From Clostridia bacterium (GTDB lineage Bacteria; Bacillota; Clostridia; Christensenellales; UBA1242): DNA of 64,000 nucleotides. The stretch spans positions 70,130-134,129 of the forward strand of contig JAZOOJ010000006.1 in the NCBI GenBank assembly GCA_045655005.1, in the 5' to 3' direction. The translations under genes and the position numbers were made by a program. Of the stretch, positions 28,648-36,022 are shown one piece after another. Each line of letters starts with the position of its first letter. The stretch's first letter is position 1. The notes under the pieces were generated by a model. It was not told the origin of the DNA. It searched no databases and saw nothing but the letters and a program-made list of their open reading frames with translations.

Positions 28648-30633
28648 ATGGAGTTATACGATATAAACGGTTTAGGCAAAAAACGCATAGAATCCTTAAA
28701 TTTACAAGGAATAAATTCTTGTGAAGATTTCTTAGATTATCAGCCCTATAAATATTATGATTTCACATCAATAGATAAGTTTGATGCAACTGCAACAAAC
28801 AGTCTTTTGGTGCGTGCATCAAATATTTCTGAAGCTAAGAGTGTATTTTTTAAAGGTCTAAATTATGTAATTTCAGAATTTCAAGAAATAGAAACTAATA
28901 AAAAATTTAAAGCGGTTTGGTATAACCAGCCATTTATGAAAAACAACCTAAGTGTTGGTGAAGAGTATTTTTTGTATGGCAAACCTAATTCAAAAAAACA
29001 ACTGGTTATTCAGAAATACTTTGAAGCAAGCAAAGAAGATGGGCATATTTTACCTTGTTATAAGCCAATGGAAGGAATATCTTCTGGCATAATAAAAAAA
29101 TCGATAGCACAAATTTTAGAACAAATTAAAAACAGTGATGATTTTATCAAGGAAGAACAGTCGATATTGGGTTTAATGCCTATACTTGAAGCATACAAAA
29201 TGTTACATTCCCCAAGGTGCTTAGATGACATCGAGAAAGCCAAACTAAGAATAAACTTAGACAAATTATTACTATTCGTTGCACTTGAAAGCATTATTGA
29301 AAACAATAGAGAACAAAAGAGTTTTAGTTATAAAAAAATAACAATTAACGATTTTGAAAATTTGTTGCCATATAGGCTTACAAATGGGCAAAATGAAGCA
29401 GTTAAGGCTGTTTTTGAGGATATGGATAAAAGTATAGTAATGAACAGATTGGTTCTTGGAGATGTTGGTTCGGGGAAAACTATGGTTGCATTTGCAAGCA
29501 TCTTTAAAGCGATAATTTCCGGTTTCCAAGCGGTTATGTTATGTCCAACAGAAGTGCTTGCTAGTCAGCATTTTGAAAACTCCAAGAAGATATTTAAAGA
29601 TTATAACGTAGTTTTTTTACACTCGAGCATATCACATTCAGACAAAAAAGCGATATTAGAAAATATTGAAAGCGGAACAGCGCAAATTGTAATTGCAACG
29701 CATTCGGTTTTAAGTGATAATGTAAAATTTAAAAATTTATCATTAGTCATAACCGATGAACAGCATAGATTTGGTGTGGAACAGCGTGCTAATCTATCTA
29801 AAAAACAAACAGTTGACCAAATTGTAATGAGTGCAACACCAATTCCAAGAAGTCTAGCACTTGTTCTTTATGGGGGACTTGATGTAAGTGAAATTAATGA
29901 CAGACCTGGTGGAGAAAGTAAAATCAAGACAAATATACTATCTTCCAAAAAAGTCGATGATATGTGGCATTTTATAGCAAACGAATTAAAAACTAAGAAC
30001 AAAAAATGCTTTGTAATTGTTCCAAGAGTTTTTGATGGAGATGGAGATTTAAAGTCAATTACAGAAATAGAGAAAGAAATTCAAAACCTTGGACTGTTTA
30101 ACAAAGACGAAATATGTTGCGTTCACGGCAAGATGAAGTCAGCGGAAAGTGATAAAATCTTACAAGAGTTTCGTGACGGAAGTGGTAAAGTGCTAATTGC
30201 AACGACTATTGTTGAAGTGGGTATTGATATAAAACAAGCAAACATAATGGTTGTATATAATGCTGAGCGTTTTGGACTTAGCACCTTACATCAATTGCGT
30301 GGCAGGGTTGGAAGAGATGGCTCAGAAGGGTTCTGTTTCTGTGTTAGCGATGAGATAAATGAAATATCTCAAAAAAGGCTAAAAATATTTAAAGAAAATA
30401 ACAATGGATTAAAAATTGCCGAAGAAGATTTAAAATTGCGTGGCTCTGGTACAATATATGGAACCAAGCAACACGGAGTAAATGAGATATTTAATGAAAT
30501 TGGATTTACAGTGAGTGGATTTGAAAAAGCTAAGGAAATTTGGCGGGATTTAGATTTTATAGTTCAAGAGAACTTAAAAAAACAAGCCTTGCAAAAATAT
30601 GGTGAACTTTATAAAAAAATAGTAATAAATTAA
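28648..30633 (+). CDS. recG: ATP-dependent DNA helicase RecG
   Basis: GDVGSGKT, ITDEQHRFGV, MSATPIPR, LHQLRGRVGRDG. Confidence 0.9.
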   Translation: MELYDINGLGKKRIESLNLQGINSCEDFLDYQPYKYYDFTSIDKFDATATNSLLVRASNISEAKSVFFKGLNYVISEFQEIETNKKFKAVWYNQPFMKNNLSVGEEYFLYGKPNSKKQLVIQKYFEASKEDGHILPCYKPMEGISSGIIKKSIAQILEQIKNSDDFIKEEQSILGLMPILEAYKMLHSPRCLDDIEKAKLRINLDKLLLFVALESIIENNREQKSFSYKKITINDFENLLPYRLTNGQNEAVKAVFEDMDKSIVMNRLVLGDVGSGKTMVAFASIFKAIISGFQAVMLCPTEVLASQHFENSKKIFKDYNVVFLHSSISHSDKKAILENIESGTAQIVIATHSVLSDNVKFKNLSLVITDEQHRFGVEQRANLSKKQTVDQIVMSATPIPRSLALVLYGGLDVSEINDRPGGESKIKTNILSSKKVDDMWHFIANELKTKNKKCFVIVPRVFDGDGDLKSITEIEKEIQNLGLFNKDEICCVHGKMKSAESDKILQEFRDGSGKVLIATTIVEVGIDIKQANIMVVYNAERFGLSTLHQLRGRVGRDGSEGFCFCVSDEINEISQKRLKIFKENNNGLKIAEEDLKLRGSGTIYGTKQHGVNEIFNEIGFTVSGFEKAKEIWRDLDFIVQENLKKQALQKYGELYKKIVIN

Positions 30634-30669
30634 AAAATAAAAAAATTTTTAAAAATTTGAAAAATATGC

Positions 30670-30698
30670 TTGATTATTTTTAAAAGATGTGGTAGACT
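30670..30698 (+). promoter_or_regulatory. Sigma-A-like promoter for tRNA-Gly
   Basis: TTGATT, 17-nt spacer, TGgTAGACT, 45 nt upstream of the tRNA 5' end. Confidence 0.45.
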
Positions 30699-30742
30699 AA
30701 CTATTGTGTTTGAGAGATAACACAAAAAATTAGTCTATTTAT

Positions 30743-30817
30743 GCGGGAGTGGCTCAGTGGTAGAGCGTTGCCTTGCCAAGGCAAATGTCGCGAGTTCGAA
30801 TCTCGTCTTCCGCTCCA
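30743..30817 (+). tRNA. tRNA-Gly (anticodon GCC), CCA encoded
   Basis: Manual cloverleaf: acceptor GCGGGAG/CTTCCGC, D-arm GCTC-AGTGGTA-GAGC, anticodon arm TTGCC-TTGCCAA-GGCAA, T-arm GCGAG-TTCGAAT-CTCGT, discriminator U, CCA. Confidence 0.95.
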
Positions 30818-30820
30818 TAA

Positions 30821-30852
30821 AAACCTTAGGAATTTCCTAAGGTTTATTTTTT
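30821..30852 (+). terminator. Rho-independent terminator after tRNA-Gly
   Basis: 10-bp stem AAACCTTAGG / CCTAAGGTTT followed by ATTTTTT. Confidence 0.8.
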
Positions 30853-30858
30853 ATGCTA

Positions 30859-30887
30859 TTGAAATTTTAAAGTGATTATGATATTCT
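30859..30887 (+). promoter_or_regulatory. Sigma-A type promoter of the orphan three-gene operon
   Basis: TTGAAA, 17-nt spacer, TGaTATTCT, 26 nt upstream of ATG 30913. Confidence 0.5.
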
Positions 30888-30912
30888 TAGTTTATAAATA
30901 TAGGGGGTATAT

Positions 30913-31998
30913 ATGAGTAAAACCGAACAAGAAATATATCAAGAAGTCGTTAATTATATAAATGGTCGAAATCACAAAAGACCTTGCACATTACAAACTA
31001 TTAAAAAAGAACTTAGAAGCCCAAGAATTGTAGAGTTGATTTTTTTAAATCCTAGAGTTTTTAATCTTGATGCAGAAATTTTACACGTTCCTAAAGAATT
31101 AAGAACTGAAGAATTATTGATGAGTTTTATACTTGAAGATCCTAAAAGATTAGAAAGTTTGCCAGAAGATGAGCAGAGTTTACCTTTACTAATAGCATAC
31201 GAATTTTCAAAACGACGTTATGAGTTTGCGTCTGCAAGAATGTGGGGTGTATGGAGAGAAAAGCTCGGATATTTAGGCAAGGCAAAAGAATATCGTGAAA
31301 GTGTAGTGCAAATTGCAGATCAGATTGAAAAGACTTGCAAGTGGGCGTATAAAGAAACAAGCGATTTTGAACTAATAGAAATGATAAAATCATATTGTGC
31401 CGTTAATGAAATCTCTTTAGAAAAACCAGAGGTTTATATTCCAAAGTATCGCAATGTAAATTTCGATTTAGATAAAAGATTAGTGATTTTGGTATCTGGG
31501 CATCCAGATTCTGGTAAAACATATTTTTCGAACCTTTTAGCGAATACGATATCTGGGGCATTTTGTTTTGATTCTGATATGCTTGATGAAAGAACTTATA
31601 AAATGCCATTTACAGAGTTAACTAGGAGAAGTGAAGTTGTTGTATTTTCAGATCCCGATGCTGATAGGTTCTTTGACGATGAGGAATTGAAGGGTAGTTA
31701 TGTAATAAATATTTATGTAAATCCTATTTCGATTGAAGAAATGTACAGACACTCAAAATATATGCGTGGAATACCGCAAGACGAATATGTAAAGCATTAT
31801 TCAATTGAAAGGAAGCCAAGCCCAGAAAGGTTTAAAGATGCGATTCAAGTTACTAATAATTATACGAGTGCAATTTATCAAGAAATAGATATGGTTATAG
31901 ATGAGATTACTCGAAGATTAAATCTATTTATAAAAGAGAAGATTACAAGAGAAGATATTGTCCCAGGCTATGATTTTTCACAACTTAAAAGCGAATAA
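30913..31998 (+). CDS. Orphan operon protein A: unknown N-terminal half plus C-terminal P-loop kinase-like domain
   Basis: 361 aa. Walker A GHPDSGKT (res 196-203), then FCFDSD, VVVFSD, and YVINIYVNPISIEEMYRH. This order resembles shikimate/gluconate/NMP-kinase-fold proteins. Residues 1-185 are not recognised. Confidence 0.6.
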   Translation: MSKTEQEIYQEVVNYINGRNHKRPCTLQTIKKELRSPRIVELIFLNPRVFNLDAEILHVPKELRTEELLMSFILEDPKRLESLPEDEQSLPLLIAYEFSKRRYEFASARMWGVWREKLGYLGKAKEYRESVVQIADQIEKTCKWAYKETSDFELIEMIKSYCAVNEISLEKPEVYIPKYRNVNFDLDKRLVILVSGHPDSGKTYFSNLLANTISGAFCFDSDMLDERTYKMPFTELTRRSEVVVFSDPDADRFFDDEELKGSYVINIYVNPISIEEMYRHSKYMRGIPQDEYVKHYSIERKPSPERFKDAIQVTNNYTSAIYQEIDMVIDEITRRLNLFIKEKITREDIVPGYDFSQLKSE

Positions 31999-32012
31999 AA
32001 GGGGGATAAAAA

Positions 32013-32768
32013 ATGTATTGGTGGCATTTATACGAAGATAAAAGGAATGAAGAATGGGAAACTGAACATTCTTCTTTGGGGCAAAAAAATGCCTATGCTA
32101 AATATTATAGGTGCAGAAAATATGTGTGTATGGACATTTCTCAAAAAACTTGGTGCGACATTCCGCAAGGCTGTGGTATTTTTGAGATTCCAAAAGGGAC
32201 AGAATGGCACTTCATTGGGAGAGTAGATACAACTGGTTGGGCAGGAAGTAATCCAGACTATTATTTTAGAGATTTTGAGAATAGAGAATTTGTAGGGTTT
32301 AGTACTATCAGTAATAAAAATATTTCAAGATATATGAAGACAGGGGCATTTTTTATTTACAACATAATGCCCGATGATATTGCACATATTTTTCCTATGG
32401 ATAGTGATACAAAAAAGCATGTTGAAGTTGAAAGTGAATTGTCGGGGCTTCCAAGTCTATGGTTAACATTAGATGAATTAGAGGCTATTAAAAACAAAAT
32501 TGGTTGCTATGATCAAATTACTTGCAGAACTAAAAGGAATGGCAAAATTATAAAACCCGTAGCAGTAGTTGCTTATGATAATGTAAGCGAAGAAATTGAA
32601 GAAATTGCATATGCTTTTGGGGTTCCAATCCTACTTACTCATCCAGATGAAAATGTAATTAATTTTAGTGGTGATATGTTGCGTCAAAGATATATGCTAA
32701 CGAGAGCATCAAAAGTTTTTAAAAAACCATATGACATCAATGTTGAATGTATGGAGTATTTTGATTAG
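32013..32768 (+). CDS. Orphan operon protein B: hypothetical, Trp/Cys-rich N-terminus
   Basis: 251 aa, 14 nt after protein A with a GGGGGA RBS. Cys pattern CX4C-X8-CX5C (res 34-54). No family recognised. Confidence 0.55.
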   Translation: MYWWHLYEDKRNEEWETEHSSLGQKNAYAKYYRCRKYVCMDISQKTWCDIPQGCGIFEIPKGTEWHFIGRVDTTGWAGSNPDYYFRDFENREFVGFSTISNKNISRYMKTGAFFIYNIMPDDIAHIFPMDSDTKKHVEVESELSGLPSLWLTLDELEAIKNKIGCYDQITCRTKRNGKIIKPVAVVAYDNVSEEIEEIAYAFGVPILLTHPDENVINFSGDMLRQRYMLTRASKVFKKPYDINVECMEYFD

Positions 32769-32798
32769 TTTAAAATAAAGATTGTAAGGGTGATAATT

Positions 32799-34703
32799 AT
32801 GGATCTAAATCAATTTTATAATCTAAGTGAAAATGAATTATTGACAGTTTTAATGAAACTTAAAGATGAGATGGGTGAAAATTTTAATAAACATATAGAA
32901 AAGCTTATTCACGAAAAATTAAGAGATTACCAAAACATCTTAAATTTTTATTATGATGTTGGCTATGGCGAAGGAAGTAATGAAGATTATATGTATTTCA
33001 AAAATCAACTTGAAAATGTCTTGCCGAACTTATTAAAACTTATTAATGTTGCAAGCAAGGTTGGTGTTTTTGTTGGCGACATTTTTGAAGAATTGGTAGA
33101 CAATGAGCTTTCATTTGAGGAATCACTAAATATTGATTTTAAGAAGAAATCAGTATTAAGTAAGGAACTATATAATAAATTTAAAGAGGTTGCACAACAG
33201 GTAAAAAATCCAAACGCATTATATTCGCTATATTTTATGACTGGCGACATCGATTACTTGCATAAATGTATTGACGTTTGTTCATTTGAGCAGTTGATTA
33301 AATTATTTGGTTTATTCAAAGAAGGCAAAGGCGAAAATGAGGTTATTATTACCAACAAGCCTAATAGGGCATCAAACAGATTAACAATTTCAGACTATCC
33401 TCTCTATGTACTAGAAGGCAGAAACTTTGATGATATGTATGAGTTATTAATAAGACGAATGGTACAAAATGCAAGTAAAGAAGAATTACAAAAATATTAT
33501 AGGTATGATTCAAGTCTAGATTTTAATATATTTGATATTTTAGTTGATGCTTGGAGAATTGGAGTTTTTAACAACGCAGATGAGTTCGCAAGATATGCTC
33601 TTGATAAACACTATTATCCAATAATTTTTGCCAAAGAGATGCAAGAAGAAGAGCTTTTCTTGGATTTTACAAGCGATGAAATATTGCTGGAAATTCTAGA
33701 ATTAATTAATACTGATAAAGAAAAGTGTTTAACAGAAAATGATAGTCAAGGTTTATTTTATTTAATAGAGCAAGAAATACAAGCGTTCTTAGCATTAGAC
33801 AATCCAAACATTAAGGGTGCTGATGTAGTGCTATCTAGGTTTAATACAAAGAAGCATTTATATTCTTGGATGCCAATAGCAAAAAGGTTGCTTGATTGCG
33901 AAAATGTAAACGCAGAGTTGTTTAAGTCTTGGGTGCAGGAATTTTTCAAAAATGATGAATTTTTCAAGAAATATTCTTTCGTAGGGAAGGAAGATTTTTG
34001 GGATTTCATCGCAAAAATTCCAGAAACTTTGCAAGAAGAAAAACAAGCGTTACAAATGTGGCGTTATTGTAGAGATAATTTACCAACACAAATACAACAT
34101 TATAAAAACACATTACATCGTGAGATGGCATTTTATAATAAAACAGGATATCTTAAAACCCGTATAATAGTATATCAAATTGGAGAGGAATATCTTTTGC
34201 AAGGTAATGATGGAATACGACGTAGATACAGAGATATATGTGGTGTAAGATTTCCAGTCGAAATTTCTAGTGGGTTGCCTTGGAGCGAAAGTGATTTTCA
34301 TGAGATGGAAGATTTACACCATTGGCATTGCGAAGTAGATGGTAATACACGTCATATGGAAGATTTTACGATATATGTTTGGTGTGTTGAAAATAAAGAT
34401 GGAACAATGGAGGCTGTTCATAAAGTCGGTCTAAATAACAGTCAAGGGGAAGCACATTCAATTGATCAACTTTATAGAGAGTTTAATGACGAGTATGTAA
34501 TTTATCTTAACAAGTTTATAGAAAGAGCAAACGATTTAACTAATGCTTTTAATCAAATTGTGTCAAGTTACTTATTAAATGCTCAGTATGATAGAAATTT
34601 ATTGCAAAAATTTGAAGAATTAAGAAAGCGTTTGTTTATTTGTGAGGCTAAACTTAAAGGTCAAAATATTGAAAATACAGAGCAGACAAGTGGAGAAAAT
34701 TAA
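32799..34703 (+). CDS. Orphan operon protein C: large hypothetical protein (helical N-terminal two-thirds, His/Cys/acidic beta-rich module, C-terminal coiled coil)
   Basis: 634 aa from ATG 32799 (the track uses GTG 32790). No family recognised. The segment HEMEDLHHWHCEVDGNTRHMEDFTIYVWCVENK lies at 34299-34397. Confidence 0.55.
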   Translation: MDLNQFYNLSENELLTVLMKLKDEMGENFNKHIEKLIHEKLRDYQNILNFYYDVGYGEGSNEDYMYFKNQLENVLPNLLKLINVASKVGVFVGDIFEELVDNELSFEESLNIDFKKKSVLSKELYNKFKEVAQQVKNPNALYSLYFMTGDIDYLHKCIDVCSFEQLIKLFGLFKEGKGENEVIITNKPNRASNRLTISDYPLYVLEGRNFDDMYELLIRRMVQNASKEELQKYYRYDSSLDFNIFDILVDAWRIGVFNNADEFARYALDKHYYPIIFAKEMQEEELFLDFTSDEILLEILELINTDKEKCLTENDSQGLFYLIEQEIQAFLALDNPNIKGADVVLSRFNTKKHLYSWMPIAKRLLDCENVNAELFKSWVQEFFKNDEFFKKYSFVGKEDFWDFIAKIPETLQEEKQALQMWRYCRDNLPTQIQHYKNTLHREMAFYNKTGYLKTRIIVYQIGEEYLLQGNDGIRRRYRDICGVRFPVEISSGLPWSESDFHEMEDLHHWHCEVDGNTRHMEDFTIYVWCVENKDGTMEAVHKVGLNNSQGEAHSIDQLYREFNDEYVIYLNKFIERANDLTNAFNQIVSSYLLNAQYDRNLLQKFEELRKRLFICEAKLKGQNIENTEQTSGEN

Positions 34704-34721
34704 AAAACAAAATAAGAATTA

Positions 34722-34750
34722 TTGACTTTAGTTGAACAATAGTATATACT
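34722..34750 (+). promoter_or_regulatory. Sigma-A promoter of the trpS leader
   Basis: TTGACT, 17-nt spacer, TATACT. The predicted transcription start is about 23 nt before the leader-peptide ATG. Confidence 0.6.
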
Positions 34751-34779
34751 AAAATCAATAATAGGAAAGGAGAGATTAT

Positions 34780-34812
34780 ATGTTTAATTCATTTATGTGG
34801 TGGCGTAGATAA
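34780..34812 (+). CDS. Putative trpS leader peptide MFNSFMWWRR with tandem Trp codons
   Basis: AAAGGAGAG SD ends 7 nt before the ATG. Ten codons including UGG-UGG at 34798-34803, then UAA. Lies 167 nt upstream of trpS and is immediately followed by alternative hairpins. Confidence 0.6.
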   Translation: MFNSFMWWRR

Positions 34813-34815
34813 TTT

Positions 34816-34858
34816 AGCGTTCGCAAAAGACTAATATGTTTTGTGAATGCTTTTTATT
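34816..34858 (+). terminator. Leader hairpin 1 (X1:Y1) with U-tract: pause or terminator element
   Basis: 13-bp stem 34816-34828 / 34839-34851 (two G-U pairs) followed by TTTTTATT. Confidence 0.45.
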
Positions 34859-34910
34859 GCGTCGCAAAACATATAAATGGATTAAATATTTTTAATATGA
34901 ATAAAATCTA

Positions 34911-34964
34911 AAACCCGTTGGTATGTTTTGTTTAATCAAACTTTCAACGGGTTTATTATATTTT
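34911..34964 (+). terminator. Leader hairpin 2 (T2), the probable attenuator terminator before trpS
   Basis: 10-bp stem AAACCCGTTG / CAACGGGTTT (34911-34920 / 34945-34954), with an apical 4-bp helix 34930-34933 / 34938-34941, then ATTATATTTT. Confidence 0.5.
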
Positions 34965-34978
34965 AGGAGATTTTAAGT

Positions 34979-35968
34979 ATGAAAAAAACTATGCTAACTG
35001 GTGTAAGACCAAGTGGGAACTTAACATTGGGAAATTATTTAGGGGCAATTAAAAATTTTGTTGATAAGCAAGATGAGTATGATAGTTACATTTTTCTTGC
35101 GGATTTGCACGCAATTACAAGTTATATTGAACCTCAAAAATTAAAAGATTCAGTATATAAATCTATTGCTATGTATTTGGCTTGTGGAGTAAATCCAGAA
35201 AAAACTATTATTTTTAAACAAAGCGATGTTTTAGAACATGGAACGCTGGGGTTTATAATGACATTTCAAACAAAAATGGGCGAACTGTCAAGAATGACGC
35301 AATTTAAGTCTAAGGCAAATAACAGTGGCAAAGAGGGGGTTGATACTGGGCTGTTTGTATATCCAACATTGATGGTCGCAGATATTTTATTGTATAACAC
35401 ATCAATTGTGCCTGTTGGAAAAGACCAACAGCAACACGTTGAATTAACACGTGATTTGGCTGAACGATTTAATAAAAGGTACGGAGAAACTTTTGTGATG
35501 CCAGACGTATACGTGGCACCTGTCGGCAATAAAATTTTAAATCTGCAAAACCCATCAGAAAAAATGAACAAATCCGATAGTGGAGATAATAAGGGAACGA
35601 TATTTTTATTAGACGATATTGAAGTTGCAAAGAAGAAAATAATGTCAGCAAAAACAGATTGCTTTAATAGGGTTCGCTTTGATGAAGAAAATCAACCAGG
35701 CATATCAAACCTTATGAGTATATTAAGCAAAATAACTAATGAAAGTTTTGAAAGTATTGAAAAAAGGTATGAAAATAAAGGCTATGGTGAATTTAAAAAA
35801 GAAGTTGCAGAAGTTGTCGCAAATTTGCTAACCGGTATTCAAAATAAATATCATAAATATGACGATAAGGAAATATTAAATAGTATATTAAGCAAAGGAG
35901 CAAAAGATGCTCAGTGTGTTGCCAATAAAACCTTACAAAGGGCGACAAAAGCCTTGGGACTAAATTAA
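34979..35968 (+). CDS. trpS: Tryptophan--tRNA ligase
   Basis: Class I motifs: HIGH-equivalent at the N-terminus (TGVRPSGNLTLGNYLG) and KMSKS-equivalent KMNKS. Confidence 0.95.
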   Translation: MKKTMLTGVRPSGNLTLGNYLGAIKNFVDKQDEYDSYIFLADLHAITSYIEPQKLKDSVYKSIAMYLACGVNPEKTIIFKQSDVLEHGTLGFIMTFQTKMGELSRMTQFKSKANNSGKEGVDTGLFVYPTLMVADILLYNTSIVPVGKDQQQHVELTRDLAERFNKRYGETFVMPDVYVAPVGNKILNLQNPSEKMNKSDSGDNKGTIFLLDDIEVAKKKIMSAKTDCFNRVRFDEENQPGISNLMSILSKITNESFESIEKRYENKGYGEFKKEVAEVVANLLTGIQNKYHKYDDKEILNSILSKGAKDAQCVANKTLQRATKALGLN

Positions 35969-35983
35969 TATTTATAAATAAAA

Positions 35984-36014
35984 ACAGTATTATGCAAACT
36001 TTGTATAATACTGT
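35984..36014. terminator. Hairpin between convergent trpS and the M16 peptidase gene
   Basis: 10-bp stem ACAGTATTAT / ATAATACTGT. The A/T-rich flanks fit the minus-strand gene best. Confidence 0.5.
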
Positions 36015-36022
36015 AAATAATT

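Noticed and set aside
30743-34760. Integrative island or prophage remnant inserted at tRNA-Gly
   Set aside because: There is no integrase, recombinase or phage-like gene. I could find no direct repeat of the tRNA 3' end at the distal boundary near 34704-34760. The operon may still be horizontally acquired, but it is not a classical att-flanked element.
34757-34978. T-box riboswitch upstream of trpS
   Set aside because: The leader is only about 220 nt and begins with an SD and ORF about 10 nt after the predicted transcription start. There is no Stem I, GA/K-turn or distal-loop architecture, and no conserved T-box 14-mer next to the terminator 5' arm. The GGUGG within AUGUGGUGGCG is part of the Trp codons. 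A covariance-model scan is still needed for formal exclusion.
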